Shown: piece after piece, positions 20,140-32,500 of the stretch
Layout of the letters: each line of letters starts with the position of its first letter
Position numbering within the stretch: the first letter of the stretch is position 1
Assembly: GCA_004764695.1 (NCBI GenBank)
Contig: SMSO01000014.1
Coordinates: forward strand, 181,648-245,647
Reading direction: 5' to 3'
DNA from: Schizochytrium sp. TIO01
Lineage: Eukaryota > Protista > Bigyra: Labyrinthulomycetes
DNA length: 64,000 nt
Position numbers and translations under genes: made by a program
The notes under the pieces: generated by a model
Told to the model about the DNA's origin: nothing
Seen by the model: only the letters and a program-made list of their open reading frames with translations
Database searches by the model: none

Positions 20140-22649
20140 TCATTCTGCTGATGCATTATTGTTTTGCTTTTGAGATTGTTGCGGCTGCTGTGTCATGTTG
20201 CGAAGTAAGGGTGATTGTAAGAACATGGCAATTGACTCTGGAGAAATCTGCTGATCACCTCCTTGCTGCTGTCTAGAAAAGGCAGAATGCTGCTGTTGTA
20301 GTGGTAATTGGTTGGCAAAGCTACTGCTTCGGGAGTGCTGTTGCTGCTGCATCATGGCGGCAAGCAAAGCCTCACGGTCAGAGTTTCCACCTTGCCGTTG
20401 CCACATATTCGGTGTCTGTCCAAGGCGTGCGGCCAGTGCTGCTGCATGAAGGGCAGCGGCTTGCTGGTCGCCACCTGAGGCCAGGAATGAGTTTGACCTT
20501 CCGCCCTGTGCAGAAGAGGCAGCGGCAAGCTCCGATAAAAAGTCCATACGCTGAGGTGCAATGGAAGAACTACTGTTATTACTCGGCTCACTGCTTGCCC
20601 TGTAAGACGAAAGGTTTGACGAACGCATTCCGGCATATGTTTGTGGGAAGTTCATACCAGAATTCATTCCTGATGCGGCCGCAGCGGCTGATGCCATTGC
20701 TGCTGTTTCACGGGGCATTCCTTGGAGACTAGCCATCTCTTGCTGAAAGTTGCGCAACCAACTAGACGGGTTATTATTGAGGTTGCCAACTCCAAGAGAA
20801 GAACCGTCACGACCAGAACTGCTGTTTCCCACAGATGAAAATGCTGATCCTAATCCTACAGATTGTTGTTGTTGTTGCTGCTGCTGTTGCTGTTGAAGAG
20901 AAGGCAAGAATGGCATCCCACTTGAGCCTCCCATGGCAGCTTTTGCATTAAGAGCCTGAAGGTACGGTGATGCAGACGGGGCCGATGAGGATGAGGCCAC
21001 TGAAGAAGTATTAGCTTCCATTTGGCGCTGCATCTCAAGCAAGAGGTTAGGTAGGTTGCCATTTTGAGCAAAAGCAGAAAGTGCTGCAGGATTGTTGCAG
21101 AGAGAAGCAGCAAGGCGTGCTTCGAGGCTCTGCGTGGACAAGTTCGGCGATGAGTGAAGGTGCGACATGTCATGTGCACTGGTTGTAGCGCCTGGAGAAG
21201 ATGCACCGGAAAGGCTCGGAGAACCGCTGGCAGCAGCAGCTGCTGCAGCAGCTGCAGGTGTGGGAGCTCCGGGTTGTTTCCATGCAGAAGTAAGACGGAA
21301 GCTAGGTGAGTTTGCATGCGCGACGCACATCATAGATTTGCGGGAGATAATATATATCGTAAAGACGTGCTCCTGTCGCATGGTGTGCTTGGCGAGCTTA
21401 CAGAGGTAACGCCAACGACGCTCTGCAATAAATTCAACTAGCCAGCGGCCTGTAGTACTATCGTAGGACTTCCATTCTCCGCGAAACATTTTGTTTTGGC
21501 TCGTGGGGTCATCCTTGTATATTGTCGAGACCGGCCGACCTGCTTCGTAAACTAGAGGGGCGCTCACCTTACGAATACCAGCATGAAGTTCAAGCCCGAG
21601 TTCATCAACAAGGGACTTGGGATTCATGAAGATATGTGCACAAACTGATTGACCACAAAAGCCGTTCTCCATATGACGAGCGAGACATGCTGGAAAGCAT
21701 CGTAGGTTCTTGTGACGCGTACGAACGTAGGAAGGTTTCCATGCGTCGGCGTTACAGAAGTGGATCTGGAACGAAGATCCTGGTGCGGTGCCAGGGGCAG
21801 CGTTGTTATGGTGATTGAGAGAGGACGCGGACGTGATGGCGAGGTCGCTATCATCTTCTTCATCATCGTTTTCTTCGCTGCTTTTGCTGGACGTTCTACT
21901 TGCACGAGAGTTGAGATTTGCGGAGGAAGAAGCTTGGGACGACTCGGCACGGAGTTTCTTGAGGGTGCGCGAGGCATCTTCAGGACCAAGACCAGGCGAC
22001 TCACGCTTGATGCTTGGGTTGCCGGATCCTGCGGCACTTCCCATTCCTTGAAGCCCTTCTAACGGGTTTCGGGATTGCAGTAGGAGCGGGTTTTGCTGAA
22101 AGTTCATCATGTCCAAAGCAAACTTGTTGGTCCCGCTTGAAAGGGATTGCAAACGTTATTGTTGATGTTGTTGCTTGCTGTAGAACTGAACGGCGGCGGC
22201 GGTGGCGGCTGGCCCATGGCGTTATAAAGGTCGCCAGAGTTGGTACCAGGATTATTGCCGCTGTTTGGCAAGTTTGTAAGACCACTACTTTTAATACTGG
22301 CTGCTTTGGACTCGTTGTTGGTTGATGAAGAGGACGCGGTGGAGGGCGTAGGCAATGCGACTCCCTTCGCCATGTTTACTACCCCTTCCCTCCCACTGGC
22401 GACGGCAAGAAGTTGATCAATGACGTTGTTTTCGAACCCTTGCTGGCGCAAAAGTCGGCGGTAATAGTCTCGACTGATTTCCTGGTTATTCCTTGGCAGC
22501 TCTTCGTCGTTATTTCTGTTGTTGTTATTGTTATTGTTGCCCAAGCTGCTGCTACTATTTCTGCTGCCCCCCTGATTCAATTCCTCCTTTATAGAACAGC
22601 GTTGAGCATGCTTGGTGTCATTGTCAGGGTCCCGACCTTCACTCGGCAT
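20140..22649 (-). CDS. Putative transcription factor: a central ~165-aa Cys/His-containing beta-rich domain flanked by N/Q/S/A-rich low-complexity regions; split at about 22154 by a 1-nt indel or short intron
   Basis: ORFs 22107..22649 and 20140..22152 overlap in different frames and share the same composition. There is a bipartite NLS-like KR-x12-KKLR, SUMO-like IKEE and IKRE, a globular domain at 21771-21277, and polyQ/polyA/polyN tracts. Confidence 0.7.
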
Positions 22650-22980
22650 TAGTGTAAGGAGCGTCGTTGTGGCAAGTAGTGTAGGAAAACGGGTTTTCGT
22701 CTCCCGACTGTCGGGATGACAGCTGTCTTGGCAAATTTTGCTTGTCGTTAAAGGTCCGTGCAGCTAAAAGCACGGACAAGTTTATCTACCACACAAGAGG
22801 TAGATTTGTGCTTTGATTGTGTTTAAAAGGCTAAGAAGAGTGCCGGGGTTGTATCCCTCTCAGGTTCGTTGTTGCTACTGCTGACGCCTTCGTCCTGAAG
22901 GCCTCGCAATTAATGTAATTTGAGCTTCCGTTCTTGGATGATTTGTATCCCTCCTGTGCAAAATTTAGTACAAGGCTGAC
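22650..22980 (-). promoter_or_regulatory. Putative 5' UTR exon of the TF gene, ATG-free and hairpin-rich
   Basis: No ATG on the minus strand for about 330 nt. Bounded upstream by the acceptor-like ttgattgcatttacag ending at 22981. Multiple perfect inverted repeats at 22685-22902. Confidence 0.45.
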
Positions 22981-25513
22981 CTGTAAATGCAATCAATGAA
23001 TCAACAAATGCTGTGCGTCGTAGTCACTCCTAAAATGTGAGAGGTTTGTGAAAGGTTTGCGAGAGGTTTGCACGGGTTTCGCGAAAGCAAACCACAACGC
23101 TCGCTAGGAAATAAGCCTAGGTGATGATAATGTATGAAATATATATCTATATTCACTAAAGCTAACCAAGGGGAAGGAAAAACTTAGTAATTGCCTGCCT
23201 CTTCAAACAGAACAAGTGATGTGCCTGTGAGTCAAAGAAGAAGAATGAAGTCCACTGCCACTGCCACTGGCAAGTCAGTACCGCTGCTGCTGCCCTGCGA
23301 GCTCGCTGCCAGGCCCCGCCCAGGCTGCGTGCTTCACGAAGGGTAGGATCACCGATTCCACCGTGGCGTCCTTGCTAGATCGCCGGCACGCCGTCACTTT
23401 GATCGAGTGCACTACTATGGTGCAATGCAATTCGTGGTTTGTTTCTCTTTTGGTCGCTGCCGCTGCTGCTGTTCTTTCCGCAGCTTGACATACGACCATG
23501 GGCATCCGTCCCCACTGCCGGATCCTGCTGCCATAAGGATGTTGGTGTTTATTTGCCTGAAATGTTTATGTTTTGCTATTTTCTTCCTTTTTCCCTTCTC
23601 AAAAGTTCTTTGGTGTATATACTTATATAATAATTAGAAATGTATATAATTATTTATGCATTTAAAAAATGGAAACATTTTGTTAATTCTGTTAATTTTT
23701 ATTTTTTTTTGGTAGGTAGACTAAAGTGGAAATATTCTTTGCTGTGCATGATTGATTTAGCTATTTAGAACTTATAAAAAAAGAAAAGAAGAACCGGTAT
23801 ATTGCAAAAGGATGGTCGTCGCTTTCTACGTTTAGAAGAAATGCATCTCCATTACTCATTTCTTTCTCCTTCTTCTCTTGTTGTTGGATGTCGTACTCAC
23901 TCGGCCGCTTGCTTGTCAGTCCATCGCTCCCCCACTGGCTAAAAGAGGAAAAATATTTTCAAAAGAAATCTGTAAAAAGAAAAGAAAAAGCTATTTGTTG
24001 ACAATTTGCCCCTTTCTGTAAGTTTCGATAGAGTTGAAAAAAAAAAAGGGGAGGGGGGCGATACTTTTAAACTTTAATCACTTTTACATCGTTGGTCTGT
24101 CTGTCTACTTTCTAGGTAAAACAATGATTTTTTAAGTTGAGAACGACTTTTTGCCATTTACTCTCAAAGGATTTATTTTTTAAAACTACCCACCCACGTT
24201 TTTTTTTTTGCCACACTTTGATCAAATGGCCGGGAGCTTCCTTCCTTTTACATTGATGATCAAATATAATTGATATGATCAAATAAAATTGATCAGCATA
24301 TTTCATCCTTCCTGAGGGTGTTTTTGGCCTTCATCTAAAGCACACCTAAAAGCCTGGCTGATTTTGCTCGCGTGCGGTCTTTTGTGCGGCGCCAGGCAGC
24401 ATGGACCGTGACGTAATAGATGCTACCAGTCACAATTTTGACTTTACTCTTCAACATTTTTTTCTTCTGAAAAGCTTTATAACCAAGTTCTTGTTAGCAT
24501 TAGAAGAACCGATTGTTAAATTTATTTTCAAAAATGAATGGAAAGGGAGAGGTTTACTTTGAAGAAAGTAGTGTTTATTTGCTGGCGAAAAAAAAGGAAA
24601 AAAAGAACCCTATCAGTAGGATAATATTCTTTATATCAAATTTCAGAAGCACTTCTTTCAGAGAATAACATAATAGCGTGCATACTTCAAAATAAATGAA
24701 TAAAATGAAATGCGTAACATGCTGCTTTTTGGTCAAAAGTAAGTAAGTAAAAAGCTGTTGCAGGAGCAAGCGATGAGTAAATATGTAGACAGGCAGAAAA
24801 ACTGCTGCTGTGTAAACTGATAAACAAGCCAGCTTGGACGTGCTCGCGTACGACCTCCAATCACAGCAAAAGTTTCGAAAGCCGTCACACATCATTTTTA
24901 TATTGTTGTTATTTTTATTAAAGAGAAGGTAAGAAAGAACATTTTTATTATTTCTTAAAGGAATAAAAAAGAAAACAGGAAGCTACCCGAGTTCTAATTT
25001 ACTTTCTTCGTAACGATTAAAACTCTTTCATTCTTCAAAACGTTTTTTTTTTTTTTAATATTATATATATTAAACATGAACAATAGTTTTTTTTTTTTTT
25101 TTTTAAAGTAAGGATTTTATTATTCTAATTGAAAATAATCATAATAATATTTATTCATTGCTATCGGTGCGTTGTTCGAGTGATCGAGCGAGGGAGGCGC
25201 GTTCCTCTGCTCAAAGGTCACTGTCTGACCTAGCGTAATTCACTGCTAAAGGGTTTACATGCGAAGAGAACGTTTCCGACAACAGCGTTGCGGAGCCTTC
25301 AGATACTTCTTCGTTCCCCACCTCATTCTCTTTCCTGCAGGAAGCGCATCCTGTCGCTTTTTGTTTCATACATACACATACATAATTATATATATATATA
25401 TTTTTTTTCTTCTTAAATTAGCTTCGAAGTTCTCAAATTGGCCAAGTTAAAAAGAAAAATGAATTTGCAGCATATCAAAAATATTGGAATTTCCCCCAAA
25501 CTCAGAGAAGCAT

Positions 25514-25600
25514 CAAAGCAAAGGAAAGCAAAGCAAAGCAAAGGAAAGCAAAGCAAAGCAAAGCCAAGCGAAGCCAAGCAAAGTCAAGCGAGGCGAAGCA
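25514..25600 (+). repeat. Degenerate (AAAGC)n pentanucleotide microsatellite
   Basis: caaagcaaaggaaagcaaagcaaagc... seen directly. Confidence 0.9.
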
Positions 25601-26304
25601 AAGAAGCTGGTTGTCAGAAGCTCAGAAGAAGTATCTGCTCGCCTACCTACCCATACCTTCCTTGCAATGATGCCCGGACACATGCAGCGAAAGCAGTAGG
25701 TATGGATGGCACAACGACATCTCGTTTGTTTGCATGACCAGAGGACATTCTGTTTTAGATTAAGTAAAGTGCTGTTTCTACTATTCTCATAGTAGGTACT
25801 TAAATACCCACCCCAACTGATGATGTGCTCACCCATCCAAACGTGTACTCATATCAGGCCGGTCATCCGTGCGTCTAGACTTGAGAGGAAGCAAATCAGA
25901 GACTGCCCATTAGGACTCTCAGAGGGGCAGACAGTCGGTCAGGCGAGCAATGGAAAATGGCCCTCGCTCACTTTTCAGATGGACTCGGACCAGATCGCCG
26001 CTGGCGGCCTGCTTTCAGAATAACATCATCCACCTCACACATACATGGTAAGAGTAACAGTTCTGACGACCTGAGTAGGTATCCAGGTAGGTTGATAGCT
26101 GCAGTGTATTTAATTCAATCATCTGTTCGAATCAGGAACAACATGGTGATCAATGGGAGATCAATATGTAGTGCCGAGTAGAAGCATATTTAATATATTA
26201 CCCTCTCGAGGTGGCTTGTACTGCCGTTTCATCCGTGGTCTAAGTGCAAGTATGAATAAATTATGACGGAAGTGATCTCTATTCATAATAATGTCTATTA
26301 TGCT

Positions 26305-26361
26305 TTGTAAAATATGTTTTGAGGCTGGGAAAGTTGTAAATATGTCTTGAGGCTAGGAAAA
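26305..26361 (+). repeat. Two-copy ~29-bp imperfect tandem duplication
   Basis: ttgtaaaatatgttttgaggctgggaaag followed by ttgtaaatatgtcttgaggctaggaaaa. Confidence 0.85.
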
Positions 26362-29300
26362 TGTCCATCAGAAAAAGTTGAGAACGTACCGACGATTACA
26401 AAAAATAGAAAAAAAAAGGGAAACAGAAACAGATCAAGATATAGGCCTAGTGACCTAATACTCTATATCAGAAGAACCAAAACAGGAGCTGTAGCTCAGC
26501 TGATCGGTGGTGAAAGTAAGACTCTCCGCTTCTTCGTCAAGCTTTGGAACATTCCACATTGTTCTACTATGTCAAAGCGCTGAAGATCAAATCACATTAG
26601 TTCCCCACATTCCCTTCGTTCTTTCACGAGGGAGTACCTGAGTCTTAGGCGCCAGCGGTAGGGAGGTGTTATCTGGTGCTACGTTTATTTAAAAAAATAT
26701 ATATTGAAATAACAACAGTAATGATAGGTACAGTTTAAAGTTTACATTTTCTCTCTTGGCTCTCTTCGTTCGTTCTCTTCTTTCGCGCGTGCCCGTGTAC
26801 GCGCGGACAATCTCGCGATCGCACAGCAGCACCGAGGGGTCATCGCCGCGACGTGGCCCTCGTCAAAAGCTCAACCTGGCCTCTTGTGACAGGTGCCTGT
26901 GCTTGCTTCTCTCACAGTTCTATTCCGGGCCAGGCACAAGCTCGGGCGCGACGAGTGGTCCTGACTGTGATTTTTTCCTTTCCAATCTGGTCAGTGTACG
27001 GACAATCAGTCGTCCTGCCGGCGCAGGCAGCCCCTTCCTTGTCCCAGCAGCGTTGCGAATTGGCTACGCGGCCTCGCTCCCTGCTGGCAGGCGGGAAGGA
27101 TCGCACATGCAAGACCAACTTGCCTGGCCTTGGCTTGGCTTGCCTCGCCGCCGCGAGGGAGCGGGAGCAAGAACAAGAACGAGTGTGCGTTCTTTTGCCA
27201 CGCCGGTCTCTTCATGTGACCACCATTGGTGAATTTGTAAATTACAAGGGAAGGAGCTATGCCAAGAAACCCAATTTTCGTGATACATTGAAGGCTGTCT
27301 GTAAATTTACATTGCTGGCTAATGGAGCTTGGGGGTTTGAACAAGCGGTCATCGAGAGAGCCTGCAGATGCCAATACATGGGATCCCCGAGTGTTGGTAT
27401 GATATACAATAAATGAAAGAAAATGCTAGACGATCAACTATCTATCTTGTGAAATGATTGCATCCATTTCTAAACAAGGTAGTTTCAAGCTAATCCAAGA
27501 CGATCACAATCTGCACTTACCATTGCAAATGAAACACGAGTTAAGAGAAAGATATTACAATATACTATGTTGGACTTATAGGCAAGCGTTTCTCAACTCG
27601 GTGGAAGGTATGGCCTGCCCCACTGGCGATACCTAGAAGGACCCCAGAAATGAGGGCAAACCAACCCAGTGAAGAAAGTGCGGAAAAGAATGACCAAACG
27701 ACGTACAAAGTCTTTATAAAATAAAAGTCTATATTGCAGCTGACGCGAGCTGCGTTGGTTGATATACTAATAGGCTCTGTTGAAAAGCACACTGGCCTAT
27801 GAACGATCAAAAGGGTATTCTGGCGTTAGCTGGGAAGGTTTCGTTTTCGCAATATGAGTGCAGCACGATTACGACAGGTGGGTGCTTGCCTGCTTGCCCA
27901 TCTCTTTTGCCACACGATCTTGCCTTTTTAAAAGTTCGATGCAGCTTGGCCAGCCTGTCACGAAAAGGATCGTAAAATGGCGTGGCTCAATGCTGCGAAT
28001 AAATAAAGAAATGAACTATCGGCAATTGTTTCAGAAAAGTGGGAAGTGGCTAGTGAATCCTATATTTTAGCCGAGCCAAGTCAATGAAATCTAGCAGAAA
28101 ACAGCTACGTCAGCGATTAGCAGCGTTTGCAGAGTCAGACAAAGTCACAATTGATGATTATACAATAAACTTCAATCTGAACCGCTTGAGAATCCGAGCC
28201 ATCCATTTACAATATTTCGGGGTGCGTAAATAACATGCTATTCTGTATTTTGTTTTTCATAAGTTCAACATTTTGATCGCTAGCTAGCATGTATTGAGAT
28301 AAAGTAACAAGATGACAACTACTGAGGATTCCTATGAATGGTTGCGTCTTTGGAAACCGAAATGAACGAGGGCTCGATTGCCTCTTTTGTTAGCCTGATG
28401 CTGGCCAGACAGTAAGTTTGAAAAGGAAAATATTAGAAAAGGCATTTACAAAAAACAAGTCAGCTCACAAAAGTAGCTCTCGATCATTCTTGGTGAATTA
28501 AGCTTGATTTGACAGCACGCTGGGCGTCCGTTCAAGAGAAGCAGGCTGGCAATTTGGGCGAGCTTATTGATAGTCTATTACAAGAGTAGAAATTAAATTA
28601 AAATCTATTTGTTTTTGCATCTTAATTTAAAAAGAAAAGAAAAGTGTTTTTTTTTTTTTTTTTAGTGGGTTACATTCAATTACGATGGATTCTTTTGACA
28701 AAAATTAAATGTACTAAATCAGCGTAAACTTCGGCTTTAGTGCTTTGGACTGATCTACAACTTGCGATCGCCAAGCCGTAGCACAAATGAGGTCATATCA
28801 TTGGGTCCACAATCGTGCCGGTTGCAAGGAGCTGTTCACAGTGCCTGATTTGAACGCTCCTTTGCAGAGCATCAAGTCAAGCAGTGAAGATCCTCCTGCT
28901 TCGTTTCTCATGTGCACCTCTGGGAACTCTTTGCGCACCACCACTTCTGTGGAGCTTCAACTGTGCTTTCTGTGGCGTTCTTTTCGTCACTCCCTTTCAT
29001 TGTTAGTTCTGTGGTCGTGAGGATAGCACGTACCTATAATAACATCATCGATGAGCCACTGAGTGAGTTATAAAACGTGCGGTTCTCGCGTGAGCCTTTT
29101 CTTCTCTTTGCGACACCACTATTTTAATTCTGCAACAGCGGGTTTCCAAAGAAGGTTGTTGATGGGTGCTTGCGTATTTTTAGTTAATTGACTGACTGAC
29201 TAAATAAATTATATTGGCTCGCCCACGGGGTTGCTGTTCCAGATTGGGCGTCCGACGGCAGTAGTAGTGCTGCTGCACATCGATGACGGCCTTCTTGGTT

Positions 29301-29500
29301 TTGTCACACCGGTGCAAATTCATTCGATCGTTGGGCTATGACCGTTCGCTTCTTTGTAAGTAAGTGGATGTTCGTTGTCTTCATGGCTCTTTCTCGTTAT
29401 CATAGATCGAAGTCACTTGATTGCGGTTGAGGAGTTCAAATCGATCCAGTACTGCTATAGCTTCATTATAGACAAATGCCAACGTGGTTCTCAATCCAAT

Positions 29501-29593
29501 TGACTGACTGACTGATTCACTAATTCACTGATCGACTGACTGACTGGCTGACTGACTGACTGACTGAATAAATGAATAAATGAATGACTGACT
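29501..29593 (+). repeat. Compound (TGAC)n/(TGAA)n microsatellite
   Basis: Seen directly. Confidence 0.85.
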
Positions 29594-32500
29594 GGCGTTT
29601 GCTCTTTCCTGCAAATCAAGCGTGAACATGCTCGAATTGCTATTCTGACTGCTTCCTGAACTCTTCCCGACTGGACTCGATCGCGCAGGGACCAAGTGCG
29701 GAAAAATTCCGCAGCTGCTAACTTTGCTTGCCTGAATTCAGTCTTTGGCTCGTTCATGGGAAGAACAATTAGAGCGATGCGAACCATCAGAGGAACGAAT
29801 CGTCATCACCTGCAGCCAAAACTTAGGAGAGCCTACTTCTCTAGAGATAACAAACGATCCACTCAATTAAAACGCGCCGCATTCGGCAGTTTCTCCACTC
29901 TACTACACTCACGAACCTTCATTCGTTTTTTATACTCTGGAGGTATACTGATCTCTTATAGCAGTAGTATGTACTGCATTGTCTGCTATATTCATTTTTA
30001 ATAAATGTTTACAATTTGATTTTAAAGTACTATATTCACCATAAAGTGAGGAACAAACCACAACAAGTAGCAGGAAATTAGCCAGCGAGAGAGTCTCTGC
30101 GGCGAACGAATGAATAATTGACTAACTGAGTATCAATTGATTCTCAAGTTGCATATTCTCACTGCCAGCTAGGTAGGTAGGTATCCGCTACTGCGTCGAG
30201 AAGTTAAAAGTGTCTTTATTCTTTTTTGCCGCTGTTCATGCCGCGAGATCGTCCGCCACAGGCAAGTGTTGCGCCTCCTTTTGGCAATTGAGTTTAAAAG
30301 AAAACTGATGGCACGTAATAAATTCTCGTCTTTTCTTTAGAATTCAAAGCAGTCATTCATTCGCTCCCGGCCGGCCGGAACTATGATGGAAACTAGCAGG
30401 GCCGAGTAATCTTGAATCATTCGCTCCAGCTACAACAACGATGCATTTCTCCGCAACGCACGAGCCTGTTTTCTGATCGACGAGTTGTTCTGATTCTAGA
30501 AGTAGCCAGAGCTCTATCTTTCCATGTTTATTTTATTTTAAAATTAAATCTATGAATATCAACAAGCCGTATAGAATTTCAATTAATGTATTTCCTTCTT
30601 CATTCACCTCTACAAATCATTTGATCGATCGATATTAAAAAAAAACTTACTCTCTCTGCAATACTGCGACTGATCAGTACCGGCGAGAACAGGGGCAAAC
30701 GTCCGCTGCGTTTCTCTGCACACGAGAGGGGGAGGTGCAATGGGCGGCAACTGGTGGAGGCCAAAGCGAGGGCGAAGAGCCCATGCATGTAGCGGCTTCT
30801 GGACGAGCAAACGCCGCGGCTCTCAGGTGCGACACGCATTTTTTCATTCCTCCTGTGCTCGTGTAAAGATGTGTGAAACGCGCTCCGCTTCATCGTCTTT
30901 GCCTCGTTCAAGTTAGTTTATTTCCTCCTTTCTGCACGAATGAAAAGCTCTTAGTCAGTTGATAATAGAAGAAGAAGAACTTTTTTATTGTTATTCCTTT
31001 TTTCTGTTATGTAGCAAGGGAGTGTGGAGATAAAAAAAGAGTTAAAGTTTATTTTTTCTTTTCCTAAAAAACCAGCAGCAATATTTAAAACAAGTTTAAA
31101 AAGAAAGGAGCGTGCAAAGCAAAACAAAGCAAAACTTTCTTTCTTCTTTTCAAAATTAGAAGAGTGTCTTTTTGTAATCAAAGCCTTCTTTTTCTTTTTC
31201 TTTTTTCAGGATTAGGGATCGAATCAAACGAAAAAAGGAAAGAGCACTTATTGCTCATCCATTCCATTCTAACTTGGAGTGCTCCTCTTCGTCTCCAGGT
31301 AGAGAGAGTCCTTCGGCTGGTTTGCGCAGCCGGTGTCGCCTCTCGCCTGGCTGGCTGGCCGCCTGCCCTCCCAAGCTCCGCAAGCCTCTCTAGAGTTAGA
31401 TTGGTCCTCTGCGCGGGTCTTCTCTGTCTGAGATGACGCAAGCAGGCCTTGCTGACGTCACTTTTGCTGCTCAAGCTCTGCCACATCGGTGGCGGGAGAC
31501 GACGATGGAAAAAATAGACAAATAGATGGATAGATAACTCGAGGACTCAGGAGAGAACAAACTTGGTCCAGACAAGACAAGGGCCGCTTCTGCGAAGAAG
31601 AAGCTAGCACGGACCGGATGCCGGCGACGAAGACGCGATGGCGATTGAACTGGAGTCGAGTTTGCCGCTATCCAAGAAGACTGTGCGTGCGTGTGCTGGC
31701 TGGAAGTGGAGTTTATGGCGATCATTCATTTATGATCGTCATAAATGATGCCATAAAGAAAGACGGAGGAAGAGCGTTGTTGGGTTGATAATACAAAGTT
31801 GGCGAAACCACCAGAAAATCCAAGACGAGAACAGAGGGAGGAGGGTGAATGAAGAGGAGACCGGGAAGGCAGGAAACGGCCGATTTCAGGGCGCCTTCTC
31901 TGCCGTCGCCCTCGTCCTGCTTTGTGTTCAATCAACTCTTGGTCTAGGCATTATCTAGTTTTCAAGTTCAATTTCTTCAGGTCGACTAGCTAAATGTACC
32001 ATTCTTAGTTTTTTCTTTGCCAGCTTTTGCAAGGCTTTGCTTTATGGTAGTCTCTCCTCTCTTAGAAAGGATGGAAGGTTTTCGAAGTAAAATAATATCA
32101 TTCGATCATCTTAAAGAAACACCGACATCTATTATGTTTAACTTTAAACGACAAAGTTTACTACTATTCTTTGGTAAAAGCCTCGCTAATGTTCTCTTGT
32201 TCTGCTTTGTTTTTCTTGCAAGTCTGCTTATGTGTGTAGTAGGGCTTCTTCTTTCGTTTCTTGAAGCGGGCCGACACGGGCGTGGCGGACCTGGCCTAAA
32301 AAGACGACAACAATCGCCAACACCAACAATCGCCAACTGGTGCATACGAATAAGGCTCAGCTGGGCGTACGAAGAGAGTGATCTTTCACTTCATCTCCAC
32401 TCCATGATTTAGCTCTAATAATACTCCATGCCTTTCGACGAATGATTCAAGTTGCGTCTTCCCGGCGAAGAACTGAGTCATTTCTGCTTGTTGCTATTGC

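Noticed and set aside
19848-22325. Several plus-strand ORFs antisense to the TF gene or its 3' flank (and similar shadows in other genes)
   Set aside because: Antisense or alternate-frame shadows of real coding sequence or its low-complexity flank.
26756-27416. Overlapping 158-aa and 187-aa ORFs
   Set aside because: A GC-rich patch open in several frames on both strands, with non-ATG starts and no motifs.
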